Shown here piece after piece: positions 1 to 9,253 of a stretch of 39,147 nucleotides of DNA. Positions within the stretch are counted from its first letter, which is position 1, and every line of letters begins with the position of its first letter. The notes under the pieces were generated by a model. The model saw nothing but the letters and a program-made list of their open reading frames with translations, was not told where the DNA came from and did no database searches. The stretch lies in the sequence record SRR2962707_1601. One strand, given 5' to 3'. The translations under genes and the position numbers were made by a program.

Positions 1-1
1 A

Positions 2-1018
2 GATGGCGAGTTCTTTATGCTGCTGGGGCCATCAGGCTGTGGAAAAACCACCACGTTGCGGATGATGGCCGGGCTTGATCTGCCGACGTCTGGGCAAATC
101 TTTATCGATGGCGAAGAAGTCGGGCAAAAGCCTGCCAGCCAACGCGATATTGCCTTTGTTTTTCAGATGTTTGCGCTCTATCCGCATATGAATGTCGGTA
201 AGAACATCAGCTATCCCTTGCTTAGCCAAGGCATGCCGCGCGCTCAGGTCAAAAAGAAAGTGGCCGAGGTTGCCGAGATTTTGGGGATCCAAGACATCCT
301 CAAGCGCCCGGTTGGCGGCCTGTCTGGGGGCGATCGTCAAAGGGTCGCGCTGGGGCGCGCCATCGTCCGGGAACCCAAGGCCTTCTTCATGGATGAGCCT
401 TTGGGCGCTTTGGATGCTGAGTTTCGGGAACACATGTCCGAAGAACTACGCGCTCTGCATGATCGTATGGGAGCGACCACGGTCTATGTTACTCACGATC
501 AATTGGAAGCCATGCAAATGGGGGACAAGATCGTCGTCATGAACCATGGTTCGGTTGAACAATTCGGTGTTCCACAAGAGATCTATGACTGGCCCGCCAG
601 CAAATTTGTGGCTCAGTTCATCGGTTCACCGCCAATGAATTTCCTGGATTTTCACGGGATGGTCGGCACCGGGCGACCGCAGGTCACAATGTCAGACATA
701 GAGCTGACAGTGCCGACCCCGCTTCAGGGCTGCAATGGTGAGCTGACGTTTGGCATTCGCCCCGAGCATGTTCGCTTAGATGACAACGCACCTTACCGGG
801 GCCGCGTCATTGCCACCGAATACCTGGGAACAACCCAGATCGTCAGCCTGGACACCCCAAACGGCGTGTTGAAATCGCGGATCGCCAGCCACGAAAAGAT
901 CAATGTTGGCGATACGACCGGGCTCAATTTTGATCCGCGCACTGTCACGATTTTTGATGCGCAATCGGGCAAGGCCCTGCTGTCAGAAGCCAACCAAGGA
1001 GTATTGAACAATGGCTGA
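2..1018 (+). CDS. Sugar/polyol ABC transporter ATP-binding protein (MalK/CUT1 family), 5'-truncated by window edge
   Basis: Frame open from position 2 (DGEFFMLL). Walker A GPSGCGKT, signature LSGGDRQR, Walker B FFMDEP, YVTHDQ, C-terminal GIRPEH regulatory/TOBE-like region. Confidence 0.93.
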   Translation, partial: DGEFFMLLGPSGCGKTTTLRMMAGLDLPTSGQIFIDGEEVGQKPASQRDIAFVFQMFALYPHMNVGKNISYPLLSQGMPRAQVKKKVAEVAEILGIQDILKRPVGGLSGGDRQRVALGRAIVREPKAFFMDEPLGALDAEFREHMSEELRALHDRMGATTVYVTHDQLEAMQMGDKIVVMNHGSVEQFGVPQEIYDWPASKFVAQFIGSPPMNFLDFHGMVGTGRPQVTMSDIELTVPTPLQGCNGELTFGIRPEHVRLDDNAPYRGRVIATEYLGTTQIVSLDTPNGVLKSRIASHEKINVGDTTGLNFDPRTVTIFDAQSGKALLSEANQGVLNNG

Positions 1019-2006
1019 AGTCAATCTGTCCGGCGTTTCCAAATCCTTTGGATCAGATGTCGCCCTGGACGATGTCTCTATGACGGTCCCTGACGGGTCT
1101 TTTGTTGTTCTGCTTGGCCCGACCGGGGCAGGAAAAACAACGACCTTACGGCTGGTGTCTGGGTTGGACTCGCCCGATACGGGCGAAGTAAGCATCGGCG
1201 GCCATTCAATGGCCGGTCTCACCCCCGCACATCGAGATGTCGCAATGGTGTTTCAGCAATACTCGCTTTACCCGCACTTAACGGTCCGTCAAAACCTTGA
1301 ATTTCCTCTGAAATCGCCGCTTTTGAAGACGCCAAAAGCCGAGATTGACCGTAAAGTAGGGGAAGTTGCCGAAGTTCTTCAGATTTCGCATAAACTGGAC
1401 AACAAGGCCACCGCCCTCTCCGGTGGCGAAATGCAACGCGTGTCGATTGGGCGCGCGCTAGTGCGCAACCCCTCTGTCTATTTGATGGACGAACCGCTCA
1501 GCTCGCTTGATGCAAAGCTGCGTTCTGATCTTCGCATCGAATTAAAAAGCATTCAGGCCAATTCAGGGGCCACGATGCTCTATGTCACGCATGATCAGAT
1601 CGAAGCCATGACCATGGCCACCCATGTCGGGGTTCTCGACAATGGGCGATTGGTTCAATTCGGTTCACCCAGAGAGATCTACGAAAATCCTGTGAGCATC
1701 TATGCCGCAAGCCGCCTTGGGCAGCCCAAAATCAACATTCTCCCGGCGGACATTTTTAATGGTGCGCCCGGACATGCCAAGAAAATTGGTCTGCGACCGG
1801 AACAGATCGCCCAAGGCGAAGGGGAAGATAGTTTCGTTCAGCGTGTTGAGCATCTTGGCGATCAGACACGCTTGCATCTGACCTTCAAGGACCATGACCT
1901 GATTACTGTTACCGATGCCCATACCGACCTCAAAAACGGAGATATCGTCAAAATCCGCCCCAACAACCCATTCTATTTCGACGCCGATGGCGCGCGGATC
2001 GCATAA
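1011..2006 (+). CDS. Second sugar/polyol ABC transporter ATP-binding protein (MalK family)
   Basis: GPTGAGKT, LSGGEMQR, YLMDEP, YVTHDQ; overlaps upstream ATPase by 8 bp. Confidence 0.93.
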   Translation: MAEVNLSGVSKSFGSDVALDDVSMTVPDGSFVVLLGPTGAGKTTTLRLVSGLDSPDTGEVSIGGHSMAGLTPAHRDVAMVFQQYSLYPHLTVRQNLEFPLKSPLLKTPKAEIDRKVGEVAEVLQISHKLDNKATALSGGEMQRVSIGRALVRNPSVYLMDEPLSSLDAKLRSDLRIELKSIQANSGATMLYVTHDQIEAMTMATHVGVLDNGRLVQFGSPREIYENPVSIYAASRLGQPKINILPADIFNGAPGHAKKIGLRPEQIAQGEGEDSFVQRVEHLGDQTRLHLTFKDHDLITVTDAHTDLKNGDIVKIRPNNPFYFDADGARIA

Positions 2007-2017
2007 AGGAAGACAAA

Positions 2018-3637
2018 ATGGCTCAATTCATCAATCAAAAAGAAGACATAGTCACCGAAGCGATTGACGGTGTGATCCAAACCTCTGGCGGTGCTTTGGC
2101 CAGACTGGATGGATACCCGCATATCCGCACTGTGGTGCGCAACGATTGGGACAAGTCCAAGGTGGCCTTGGTGTCGGGGGGCGGATCGGGACACGAACCG
2201 GCTCATGCGGGTTTTGTTGGCAAAGGAATGTTAACCGCCGCCGTTTGCGGAGATGTCTTTGCCTCCCCCTCGGTCGACGCGGTGCTGGCCGGCATTCTGG
2301 CGGTGACCGGCTCAGAGGGCTGCTTGTTAATCGTCAAAAACTACACGGGCGACCGTCTGAACTTTGGTCTGGCCGCTGAGCGCGCGCGGGCCTTCGGGTT
2401 AAAGGTTAATATGGTCATTGTAGATGACGATATTGCTCTGCCGGATCTGCCCCAACCCCGCGGCGTTGCTGGAACGTTGTTTGTTCATAAAATCGCTGGC
2501 GCTTTGGCGGAATCCGGCGCGTCGCTGGAGGACATCACCAAGGCGGCTGAACGTGTTGTCGCGGGGACAAGATCACTGGGCATGTCGCTGGACACCTGCA
2601 CCGTACCCGGCTCCCCAAAGGAAAATCGCATCGCTGTCGGCAAAGCAGAACTTGGCCTTGGTATCCACGGAGAGGCCGGGGTCGAACAATTTGACTATCG
2701 CGATGCAAAGCAGGCCGTGGCCACCGTGGTGGAAAAGCTGGCTCCGTTGATGGATGACCAGCCCCATGTCGTCTTGCTTAACAATTTGGGCGGTGCGTCT
2801 GTTCTGGAAATGTCGATCCTTGCGCATGAGCTTGTGACGTCCTCCATCGCGGATAACCTAAGTATGATCGTCGGACCGGGAGCCTTGATGACCTCGTTGG
2901 ACATGCGTGGCTTCTCAGTTTCGATCTATCCGGCCAGCGCGGCAGAAACCAAGCTGCTGTCAAAACCCTGCGCGCCTGCTGCATGGCCTGGCTGTATCAA
3001 GATTGAACCGGTGACCGTTTTGGAATTACCGGACGGGTTAACGCCAATTCAACCTATCCCGTCAGAGCACGCAGAAACCGCTGCTTTCCTAACGAAATGT
3101 TGCGAGATCTTGATGGCCGCCGAGGAGGATCTGAACGCACTGGACGCAAAATCAGGCGACGGCGATACGGGGTCGACTTTGGCCGGGGCCGCCCGGGCAT
3201 TGATCCGATCTTTGGACCGCATGCCCTTGGCGGATCACACGCAACTTTTCCGTGCCATTGGGCAAGAGCTTAGCCAAACCATGGGCGGATCGTCCGGGGT
3301 TCTTTTGGCGATCTTCTTTGCGGCTGCGGGCGACGCCGCCTCCAGCGGTTTGCCCATGGTCCAGGCGTTGAAGGAAGGGCTGAACCGCATGCAGCATATC
3401 GGAGGGGCCGAAGTCGGAGACCGCACAATGGTCGACGCATTAAAGCCTGCGCTTGAGGCGCTTGAAGATGGTATCTCCGCCGCGGCAACCGCTGCACGCG
3501 CCGGTGCGCTGCACACATCGACAATTACCCAAGCCAAGGCAGGACGTGCCACCTATATCAATGCCGAACAGCTTTTGGGCCATAACGACCCCGGCGCCGA
3601 AGCCGTCGCCCGATTGTTTGAGCAATTGGACGCCTGA
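2018..3637 (+). CDS. Fused DAK1-DAK2 (DhaK-DhaL) dihydroxyacetone/short ketose kinase
   Basis: SGGGSGHEPAH, KNYTGDRLNF, PRGVAGT, LGIHGE in the K domain; GDGDTG, GGSSG, GDRTMVD, GRATY, DPGA in the L domain; RBS AAGGAAG. Confidence 0.92.
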   Translation: MAQFINQKEDIVTEAIDGVIQTSGGALARLDGYPHIRTVVRNDWDKSKVALVSGGGSGHEPAHAGFVGKGMLTAAVCGDVFASPSVDAVLAGILAVTGSEGCLLIVKNYTGDRLNFGLAAERARAFGLKVNMVIVDDDIALPDLPQPRGVAGTLFVHKIAGALAESGASLEDITKAAERVVAGTRSLGMSLDTCTVPGSPKENRIAVGKAELGLGIHGEAGVEQFDYRDAKQAVATVVEKLAPLMDDQPHVVLLNNLGGASVLEMSILAHELVTSSIADNLSMIVGPGALMTSLDMRGFSVSIYPASAAETKLLSKPCAPAAWPGCIKIEPVTVLELPDGLTPIQPIPSEHAETAAFLTKCCEILMAAEEDLNALDAKSGDGDTGSTLAGAARALIRSLDRMPLADHTQLFRAIGQELSQTMGGSSGVLLAIFFAAAGDAASSGLPMVQALKEGLNRMQHIGGAEVGDRTMVDALKPALEALEDGISAAATAARAGALHTSTITQAKAGRATYINAEQLLGHNDPGAEAVARLFEQLDA

Positions 3638-3646
3638 CACCAACAA

Positions 3647-3674
3647 GAAGGGCCATGCAGCTGCACGGCCCTTC
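3647..3674. terminator. Stem-loop between convergent operons, probable bidirectional terminator
   Basis: GAAGGGCC-ATGCAGCTGCAC-GGCCCTTC, a near-perfect 28-bp palindrome between the stops at 3637 (+) and 3702 (-); U-tracts are weak. Confidence 0.6.
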
Positions 3675-3701
3675 CATCCTCAAATCCCAAGGGTCACGGG
3701 G

Positions 3702-4715
3702 TTAGCGTGTGCCGCTCATCATCATACGATAGCGCAGCTGGTCAAAGATCACCGCAAGGATCAGCAAAGCGCCCAACAGAACCATTTGCATGTAGGAACT
3801 CACCTGCGCCAGGTTCATGCCGTTTTGCACCAGCACAATAAAGAATGCCCCCAACACAACGTTTTCAACCCGCCCAATGCCACCACGCAAAGACACGCCT
3901 GCGATGACACAGGCCGCGATAGATTCCAAAGCAATGGACGCACCAAGGTTGGCTTCTCCAGATTCGACGCGCGCCGTCAAAAGCAATCCCGTGAGCGAGG
4001 CAATCAACGCGCAGATCATATAAGACAGCATCAACGTCCGCTTGGTGTTAATCGCCGAGAGATGCGCCGCTTTGATGTTGCCGCCAACGGCATATACCTG
4101 TGTCCCAAGCCGGGTCCGCGACATAAAGATCCACATCACAAGAATACAGACCAAAGCCACAAGGACCGGCACCGGTATTCCCCATAATCGGCCAAACCCA
4201 AACATGTCTGCAAAGGCAAACGGCAAGCCGCTGACCGGCACGCCCCCTGTAAAGAACAACGCCAGCCCTGCGCCAACCGACGAGACGCCCAAGGTCATGA
4301 TGAACGGCGATACTTCGAAATAGGCGACGCCGACACCATTCACAAATCCGATTAACAAGGCCGCGCCGATCCCCATCAAAGCACCCAACAGAATCGCCAA
4401 CCAAATGGCATCTGGCAGAATGCCTGCCATCCAAACCATCCCCATGGCCGAGACAACAGACGTTAGCGCGATGGCTGTGCCGACCGACAAATCAAACCCG
4501 CCGGATATCAGAACCAGCATTTGCCCCAGTGAGACAAGCACCAGATACACCGATTGCCGTGCCACATTCATGATGTTCTGGCCGGTAAGAAATTTCGATG
4601 ACATGGCCGTAAAAACGACCAATGCAATTGCCAGAAAGAACGGCAGCACACCCACGCGGATAAAAATCCGGGTGATCAAGCCATAGCCAGAATTGGCCTT
4701 AGTCTCGGTGGTCAT
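3702..4715 (-). CDS. ABC transporter permease, RbsC/CUT2 family
   Basis: Hydrophobic; GGFDLSVG, PFIMTLG, YAVGGNIKAAHLS, ESIAACVIAGVSLRGG; ATGA overlap with the ATPase stop. Confidence 0.92.
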   Translation of the reverse strand: MTTETKANSGYGLITRIFIRVGVLPFFLAIALVVFTAMSSKFLTGQNIMNVARQSVYLVLVSLGQMLVLISGGFDLSVGTAIALTSVVSAMGMVWMAGILPDAIWLAILLGALMGIGAALLIGFVNGVGVAYFEVSPFIMTLGVSSVGAGLALFFTGGVPVSGLPFAFADMFGFGRLWGIPVPVLVALVCILVMWIFMSRTRLGTQVYAVGGNIKAAHLSAINTKRTLMLSYMICALIASLTGLLLTARVESGEANLGASIALESIAACVIAGVSLRGGIGRVENVVLGAFFIVLVQNGMNLAQVSSYMQMVLLGALLILAVIFDQLRYRMMMSGTR

Positions 4716-6220
4716 AACGAGGCTCCAGTTTCGTCAAAGAAGTGAGTGAGGACCAAATCTTCGGTCATATCAGCGCCGCTCAGCTCTGCGGTTATCCGGC
4801 CATGGGCCAGCACCAGCAGTCTGTGCGACAAATTCAATACCTCGGGCAGGTCAGAAGAAATCAGCACCACGGCTTTGCCCGCTTCGGCGAGTTCCTTGAT
4901 CAGCAGGTACAACGCCGCTCGTGTGCCCATATCGACACCCACAGTCGGCTCATCAAAGATATAGATGTCGATGTCCTGACCGAACGCTTTGCCAAACAGC
5001 ACCTTTTGCTGATTGCCCCCAGAAAGTTGGGACACCAGTTTGGTCCTGTAACCATCTGACAATTCGACCTTGTCAGAGATGACATCCGTCTTTGCCCGAA
5101 TTGCGGTTTTATTCACAAAGCCGCGCAGCTTTTCGTCCAAGCGCGCCATCATCGGGTTTACAGCAAGGTTTTCGTTGGCCGTTTTTGCCAGATCCAGACC
5201 TTCGTGTTTGCGATCAGATGACAGGTAATAGACGCCTGCGCGAATGATCTCTCTTGTTTCTGCCCAGGTAATGTCACGTGTGCCCAGCATCACCTGACCG
5301 CCGCGCCTGGGCGCAACCCCCATCAAGCTACGGAACAGGCGGGATTTCCCGGACCCGACCAACCCGGCAACTCCCAGCACTTCTCCCGCCTTAATCTCAA
5401 AGCTACAGGGTGCTACGCCTTGTGTTTTCAGCTCGGTCGCTGTGAGAACAACTTCGCCACTGCCACGAGTGATCTTAGGATAGATTTCCGAGATTGCACG
5501 GCCTGTCATCATCTCGACCAAGGCAGCGTCGTCGGTTTCATCCATCGCGACCGTACCAATTTTAGCCCCATCGCGCAAAACCGTGACCCGATCGGCAATC
5601 CGTGTGAATTCCTGCATCCGGTGGGAAATATAAATGACCCCAACCCCGCGGGCCTTTAGCCCGTCGATGAAGCCAAAAAGATGATCCACTTCTTTGTCCG
5701 TCAAAGAGGCCGTCGGTTCATCGAGGATCAGGACCGACAAATCGCCTTGAAACGCCTTGGTAATCTCGACCATCTGCTGTTGAGCGCGCGAGAGCGAGGC
5801 CGTCATCGCATTGGGATCAATGTCAAAGCCCAGATCCGCCAGCATTTTGCGCGACCTTGCTTTCATCGCTCTGTGGTCAATAAAGGGGCCGACTTTCGGC
5901 TCCCATCCTAGGAAAATATTCTGCGCCACCGTCAGGGTCGGGATCAAAGAAAACTCTTGGAAGACCGTGTATATCCCGCATTTTTGCGCGTCGGCCACAT
6001 TGCCAAATTCAACTCTGGTTGTGCCCACATGCAGATCCCCAGACGTGGGGGTATTTGCGCCTGACAGAATGGAAATAAGGGTAGATTTACCCGCACCATT
6101 TTCACCAAACAAAACATGGACTTCGCCCGGCTGAAGATCGAAATCGACCGCATCCAGCGCCAGGACACCGGGGTATTGTTTCGACAAACCTTCTGCGACT
6201 ATCAGGGGAATTTGGGTCAT
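4712..6220 (-). CDS. ABC transporter ATP-binding protein with two NBDs, RbsA/CUT2 family
   Basis: GENGAGKS, ILDEPT, YISH in the N-half; GLVGSGKS, LSGGNQQK, FDEPTVGVD, ISSDLPE in the C-half. Confidence 0.93.
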   Translation of the reverse strand: MTQIPLIVAEGLSKQYPGVLALDAVDFDLQPGEVHVLFGENGAGKSTLISILSGANTPTSGDLHVGTTRVEFGNVADAQKCGIYTVFQEFSLIPTLTVAQNIFLGWEPKVGPFIDHRAMKARSRKMLADLGFDIDPNAMTASLSRAQQQMVEITKAFQGDLSVLILDEPTASLTDKEVDHLFGFIDGLKARGVGVIYISHRMQEFTRIADRVTVLRDGAKIGTVAMDETDDAALVEMMTGRAISEIYPKITRGSGEVVLTATELKTQGVAPCSFEIKAGEVLGVAGLVGSGKSRLFRSLMGVAPRRGGQVMLGTRDITWAETREIIRAGVYYLSSDRKHEGLDLAKTANENLAVNPMMARLDEKLRGFVNKTAIRAKTDVISDKVELSDGYRTKLVSQLSGGNQQKVLFGKAFGQDIDIYIFDEPTVGVDMGTRAALYLLIKELAEAGKAVVLISSDLPEVLNLSHRLLVLAHGRITAELSGADMTEDLVLTHFFDETGASL

Positions 6221-6235
6221 GGGGGCTCCTTGAAA

Positions 6236-6265
6236 TGGGCCGGGTCTGTTGCAAAACCCGGCCCA
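6236..6265 (-). other. Intercistronic RNA stem-loop after the binding-protein gene (mRNA stabiliser or partial terminator)
   Basis: Perfect 10-bp stem TGGGCCGGGT-CTGTTGCAAA-ACCCGGCCCA between the SBP stop and the ATPase start. Confidence 0.65.
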
Positions 6266-6278
6266 AATTTCTGATGGT

Positions 6279-7352
6279 TTAGTTTACAGAAAACACAGGA
6301 GAATAACCCACGGGCGGCAGGATATCACCGCGCGCGACCTCAGAGATGTTGGACGGATCGACCACAAAGATCTTTGGCCCAACATGCTTTACATAGTCTT
6401 TGCCTTCCAAGATCCGCACCGCTTGGTCAATCGCGATACGGCCTTGGATCACCATCGAGTCCGCAGGAGCCGCCAGGATAAAGCCACGCTGAATGCCGGT
6501 ATAAACACCGGGCGTCATATAGAAGGCCAAAAGGTCCACTTTGCCTTTCAACCCGCGTTCCCGGATCAGACCCTGAGCGGCCTCTGCCGTGACCGCTGTA
6601 CCAGCCAGATACCGAACGTCTGGGTTGGCCTGCAGCACATCTTCAACCAGTTTCAACTGAGTTTCTTTGCCGGTGTCCCCAAAGCGTGGCTCAAGAACTT
6701 CGACGGCCGATCCTGCGACCGCTTCGATAAAGCCGGCATGCGCGGCTTCAACCCATCCGGCCCCTGCTGGACCTGGGAACCAACCCACTTGAACCGGTTC
6801 GCTGCCTGCGGGGTGTTTTTCGGCCAGATACCGGCCTGTTTCGGCGCCCATGGTCTTGAACGAAACCAACGATTTGGCCGCGATGTCACTTGAAGAAACC
6901 CCGTTGATGACGTCGATCACCGGAAGGCCTTTACCGGCGACTTCACCGATCACGTTGTTCAGGCCTTCATAGGAAATCGCACCCAGAACAACCGCATCAG
7001 CACCGCTGGACACACAGTCTTCGATCTGTGTGATTTGTTTGGCCAGTTCTGTGTAACCGCCCGCTTCGACCAAATTCATGCTGACGCCAAGGCGTTCGGC
7101 CTCATCAGCGACACCATAGTCAACCCCCAGCCAATAGGCGTCTTTCATATGGGGGAAAGAGACACAGATGTTCCACGCTTTCGAAGCTTTCTCTAGCGGC
7201 GTGTAGACTACGTCGCTCACCATACCGTCGGCCGAAAATGCCGGCGAAACTTCTTCTGCATCATAGGGATACCAGGCGTCTTGGGCAAAGGCAGATGCAG
7301 GGATTGCAGTCGCCAAAGCAAGGCAAGTCATTGTATTCAGGACGAGTTTCAT
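6279..7352 (-). CDS. TorT-like periplasmic substrate-binding protein (PBP type I)
   Basis: Signal peptide MKLVLNTMTCLALATAIPASAFA; WNICVSFPHMKDAYW, EAGGY, QIEDC, PGPAGAG, AGTAVTAEAA and FYMT recall TorT. Start placed at ATG 7352 with GGAGG RBS. Confidence 0.85.
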   Translation of the reverse strand: MKLVLNTMTCLALATAIPASAFAQDAWYPYDAEEVSPAFSADGMVSDVVYTPLEKASKAWNICVSFPHMKDAYWLGVDYGVADEAERLGVSMNLVEAGGYTELAKQITQIEDCVSSGADAVVLGAISYEGLNNVIGEVAGKGLPVIDVINGVSSSDIAAKSLVSFKTMGAETGRYLAEKHPAGSEPVQVGWFPGPAGAGWVEAAHAGFIEAVAGSAVEVLEPRFGDTGKETQLKLVEDVLQANPDVRYLAGTAVTAEAAQGLIRERGLKGKVDLLAFYMTPGVYTGIQRGFILAAPADSMVIQGRIAIDQAVRILEGKDYVKHVGPKIFVVDPSNISEVARGDILPPVGYSPVFSVN

Positions 7353-7413
7353 TATTCTGACCTCCATGTCAGTTACAAATTCACGGATTTTCCGCATTGA
7401 AAGCGAGTGGCCC

Positions 7414-8388
7414 TTAGCCGAGCTCTTCTCTTATTTTTTGGAGTAAGGTTTTCCGGTCAGCCCGCGCCTCAAGCGCTTGCGCCATATCAACCTTGACGAA
7501 TTTCACCGGCGTGTTCGGTTGCAATTGCCCGATCAGATCCATGTCCGCTGAAATGATTGCTCCTAGGGTAAAGTACCCGCCGCCGGAAACAGCATCCCGA
7601 TGCAAAACAATCGGTTCTGTCCCGCCCGGCACTTGAATCGAGCCATAGGAGTAGCAGCCATCCACAATGTTGGAGGGATCCGCGCCTGCGCCAAACGGTT
7701 GCTCTCGGTCCACAAACTCAAGCGCCCGCCCGCCTTTGAAGCGATAGCCCATGCGATCCGCCTCAGGAGCGACGCTCCACATGTCCTCAAAGAAGCCGCC
7801 TTGGGCTGCTTCTGTCAGACGGTTCCAATACAGGCCTGGCAACACCCGCAATTCCGCCGGAGAGCCCGGTCCGCGACGCAACGCGGTGGGCACGCTGCGC
7901 CCTGCGGTGGAAAGATCAGCTGTTGCTCCTGTCGGCACGACATCCCCTGCTTGAATGGGACGGCCTTCGATACCGCCCAGCGCACCAATGGGATAGGTCG
8001 ACCGACTGCCCAAGTCCGCGGGTGTTGTCACGCCGCCGGAGACAGCGATGTAAATCCGTGCCCCGGTTTTCAGAAAACCAAAGCTCAGCACCTGACCCGC
8101 TTTTGCCGCAAAGGATGTCCAGCCTTCTTTCGCCTCGCCATCCAGCGTCATTGGCATTTCAGCGCCCGTCACCGCGACAACGCAGTCTTCGGTGAATTCC
8201 ACCTCCGGTCCCATGAACACAGCCTCGAGACCCGCGGCGTCTTCAGGGTTTCCGACAAGCATATTGGCAGCCCGCAACGCAAAACGATCCATCGCGCCGC
8301 TGATTGGAATACCAAGGTGAAAATATCCGGGGCGTCCAAGATCCTGGACAGAGGTTGAAAGGCCCGGTTTGACAATCTTAAGAGCCAT
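7414..8388 (-). CDS. Biotin-dependent carboxyltransferase-family protein (PxpC / allophanate hydrolase subunit 2 / KipA-like)
   Basis: TSVQDLGRPG, SGAMD, ANMLVGN, GSRSTY, DRMGYRF, GSIQVP, SGGGY. Confidence 0.88.
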   Translation of the reverse strand: MALKIVKPGLSTSVQDLGRPGYFHLGIPISGAMDRFALRAANMLVGNPEDAAGLEAVFMGPEVEFTEDCVVAVTGAEMPMTLDGEAKEGWTSFAAKAGQVLSFGFLKTGARIYIAVSGGVTTPADLGSRSTYPIGALGGIEGRPIQAGDVVPTGATADLSTAGRSVPTALRRGPGSPAELRVLPGLYWNRLTEAAQGGFFEDMWSVAPEADRMGYRFKGGRALEFVDREQPFGAGADPSNIVDGCYSYGSIQVPGGTEPIVLHRDAVSGGGYFTLGAIISADMDLIGQLQPNTPVKFVKVDMAQALEARADRKTLLQKIREELG

Positions 8389-9253
8389 TGAGTGCCTCCA
8401 TCAATTTCGCATTGGTTCCGGCCATATCGGCGTTGAAGTCTTCCAGATCAAAGTCGACTTCGGCGATACGGGGCGTATAGGCTCCCGCTTCAACCGCTTC
8501 GACGATCCGATCATATTCTGCACGATCAATCGGCTTCCATTTCACAATGTCACCGGGGCGGAAAAAGACCATGAAGTCTTTGAGGTAACTTGTCTTTTGC
8601 TCCGGGTCATAGATCGGCATCGGGGTTATCCCAAACATCTGGTAGCCGCCTGCTCCGCGCACCGAATAGATGCAGGAAAAGCAACCACCATAGCCGACCG
8701 TCAGTTTTGGCGTGTCCGTCCGGGGGCGCAGATATTTGGGCACTTCAAGCTGTTTTTCACGCTCGACCAGTTGGTACAGAAACGGCAACCCCGCCACGAA
8801 ACCCACCATCGACACAAACCATGGCTGGGAGTGATGCGCCTCGATAAAGGCCTCGACGCTGTCATACCCGTTGATCCGGGCCGCATATTCCAGATCAGTC
8901 CCGCTTGGGTCTTGGTGACGTTCCCGAAACCGCATCAGCGTTTCCTCGGTCCACGGATCTTGATAGTATACCGGGATCTCGATGATACGGGTCGCAAGGC
9001 GTTTTTCCGCACTCTCCGCCTTATGCTCAAGCTCTTGCACGCGGCGAAGCATTTCGTCAGGCGCTGTAACATCAGGATCGAACTTGACCTGAAAGGACGC
9101 ATTGGCCGGGCAAATCTCGGTAACGCCGGGAATATTGGCCTCCCGCACTGCGTTGCTCATGGACAAGGACTTAAAGAAGGCGTCTAGCGACATCTCTTCG
9201 TCCATCTCAACGTAGATATGTTCGTCACCGCCAAATGTGTAACGTGTCTTCAC
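8378..9253 (-). CDS. Carboxyltransferase-domain protein (PxpB / allophanate hydrolase subunit 1 / KipI-like), long form
   Basis: IEIPVYY, MVGFVAGLPFL, PKYLRPRTDTP, GYGGCFSCIYS, GGYQMFG, FRPGDIVKW. GTG start at 9253 with AAGGAGG RBS, overlapping the carboxylase stop. Confidence 0.87.
   Translation of the reverse strand: MKTRYTFGGDEHIYVEMDEEMSLDAFFKSLSMSNAVREANIPGVTEICPANASFQVKFDPDVTAPDEMLRRVQELEHKAESAEKRLATRIIEIPVYYQDPWTEETLMRFRERHQDPSGTDLEYAARINGYDSVEAFIEAHHSQPWFVSMVGFVAGLPFLYQLVEREKQLEVPKYLRPRTDTPKLTVGYGGCFSCIYSVRGAGGYQMFGITPMPIYDPEQKTSYLKDFMVFFRPGDIVKWKPIDRAEYDRIVEAVEAGAYTPRIAEVDFDLEDFNADMAGTNAKLMEALNGS

Noticed and set aside
6279-7352. TMAO respiration (tor) locus
   Set aside because: No torS, torR, torC, torA or torD in the window; the context is an ABC importer.
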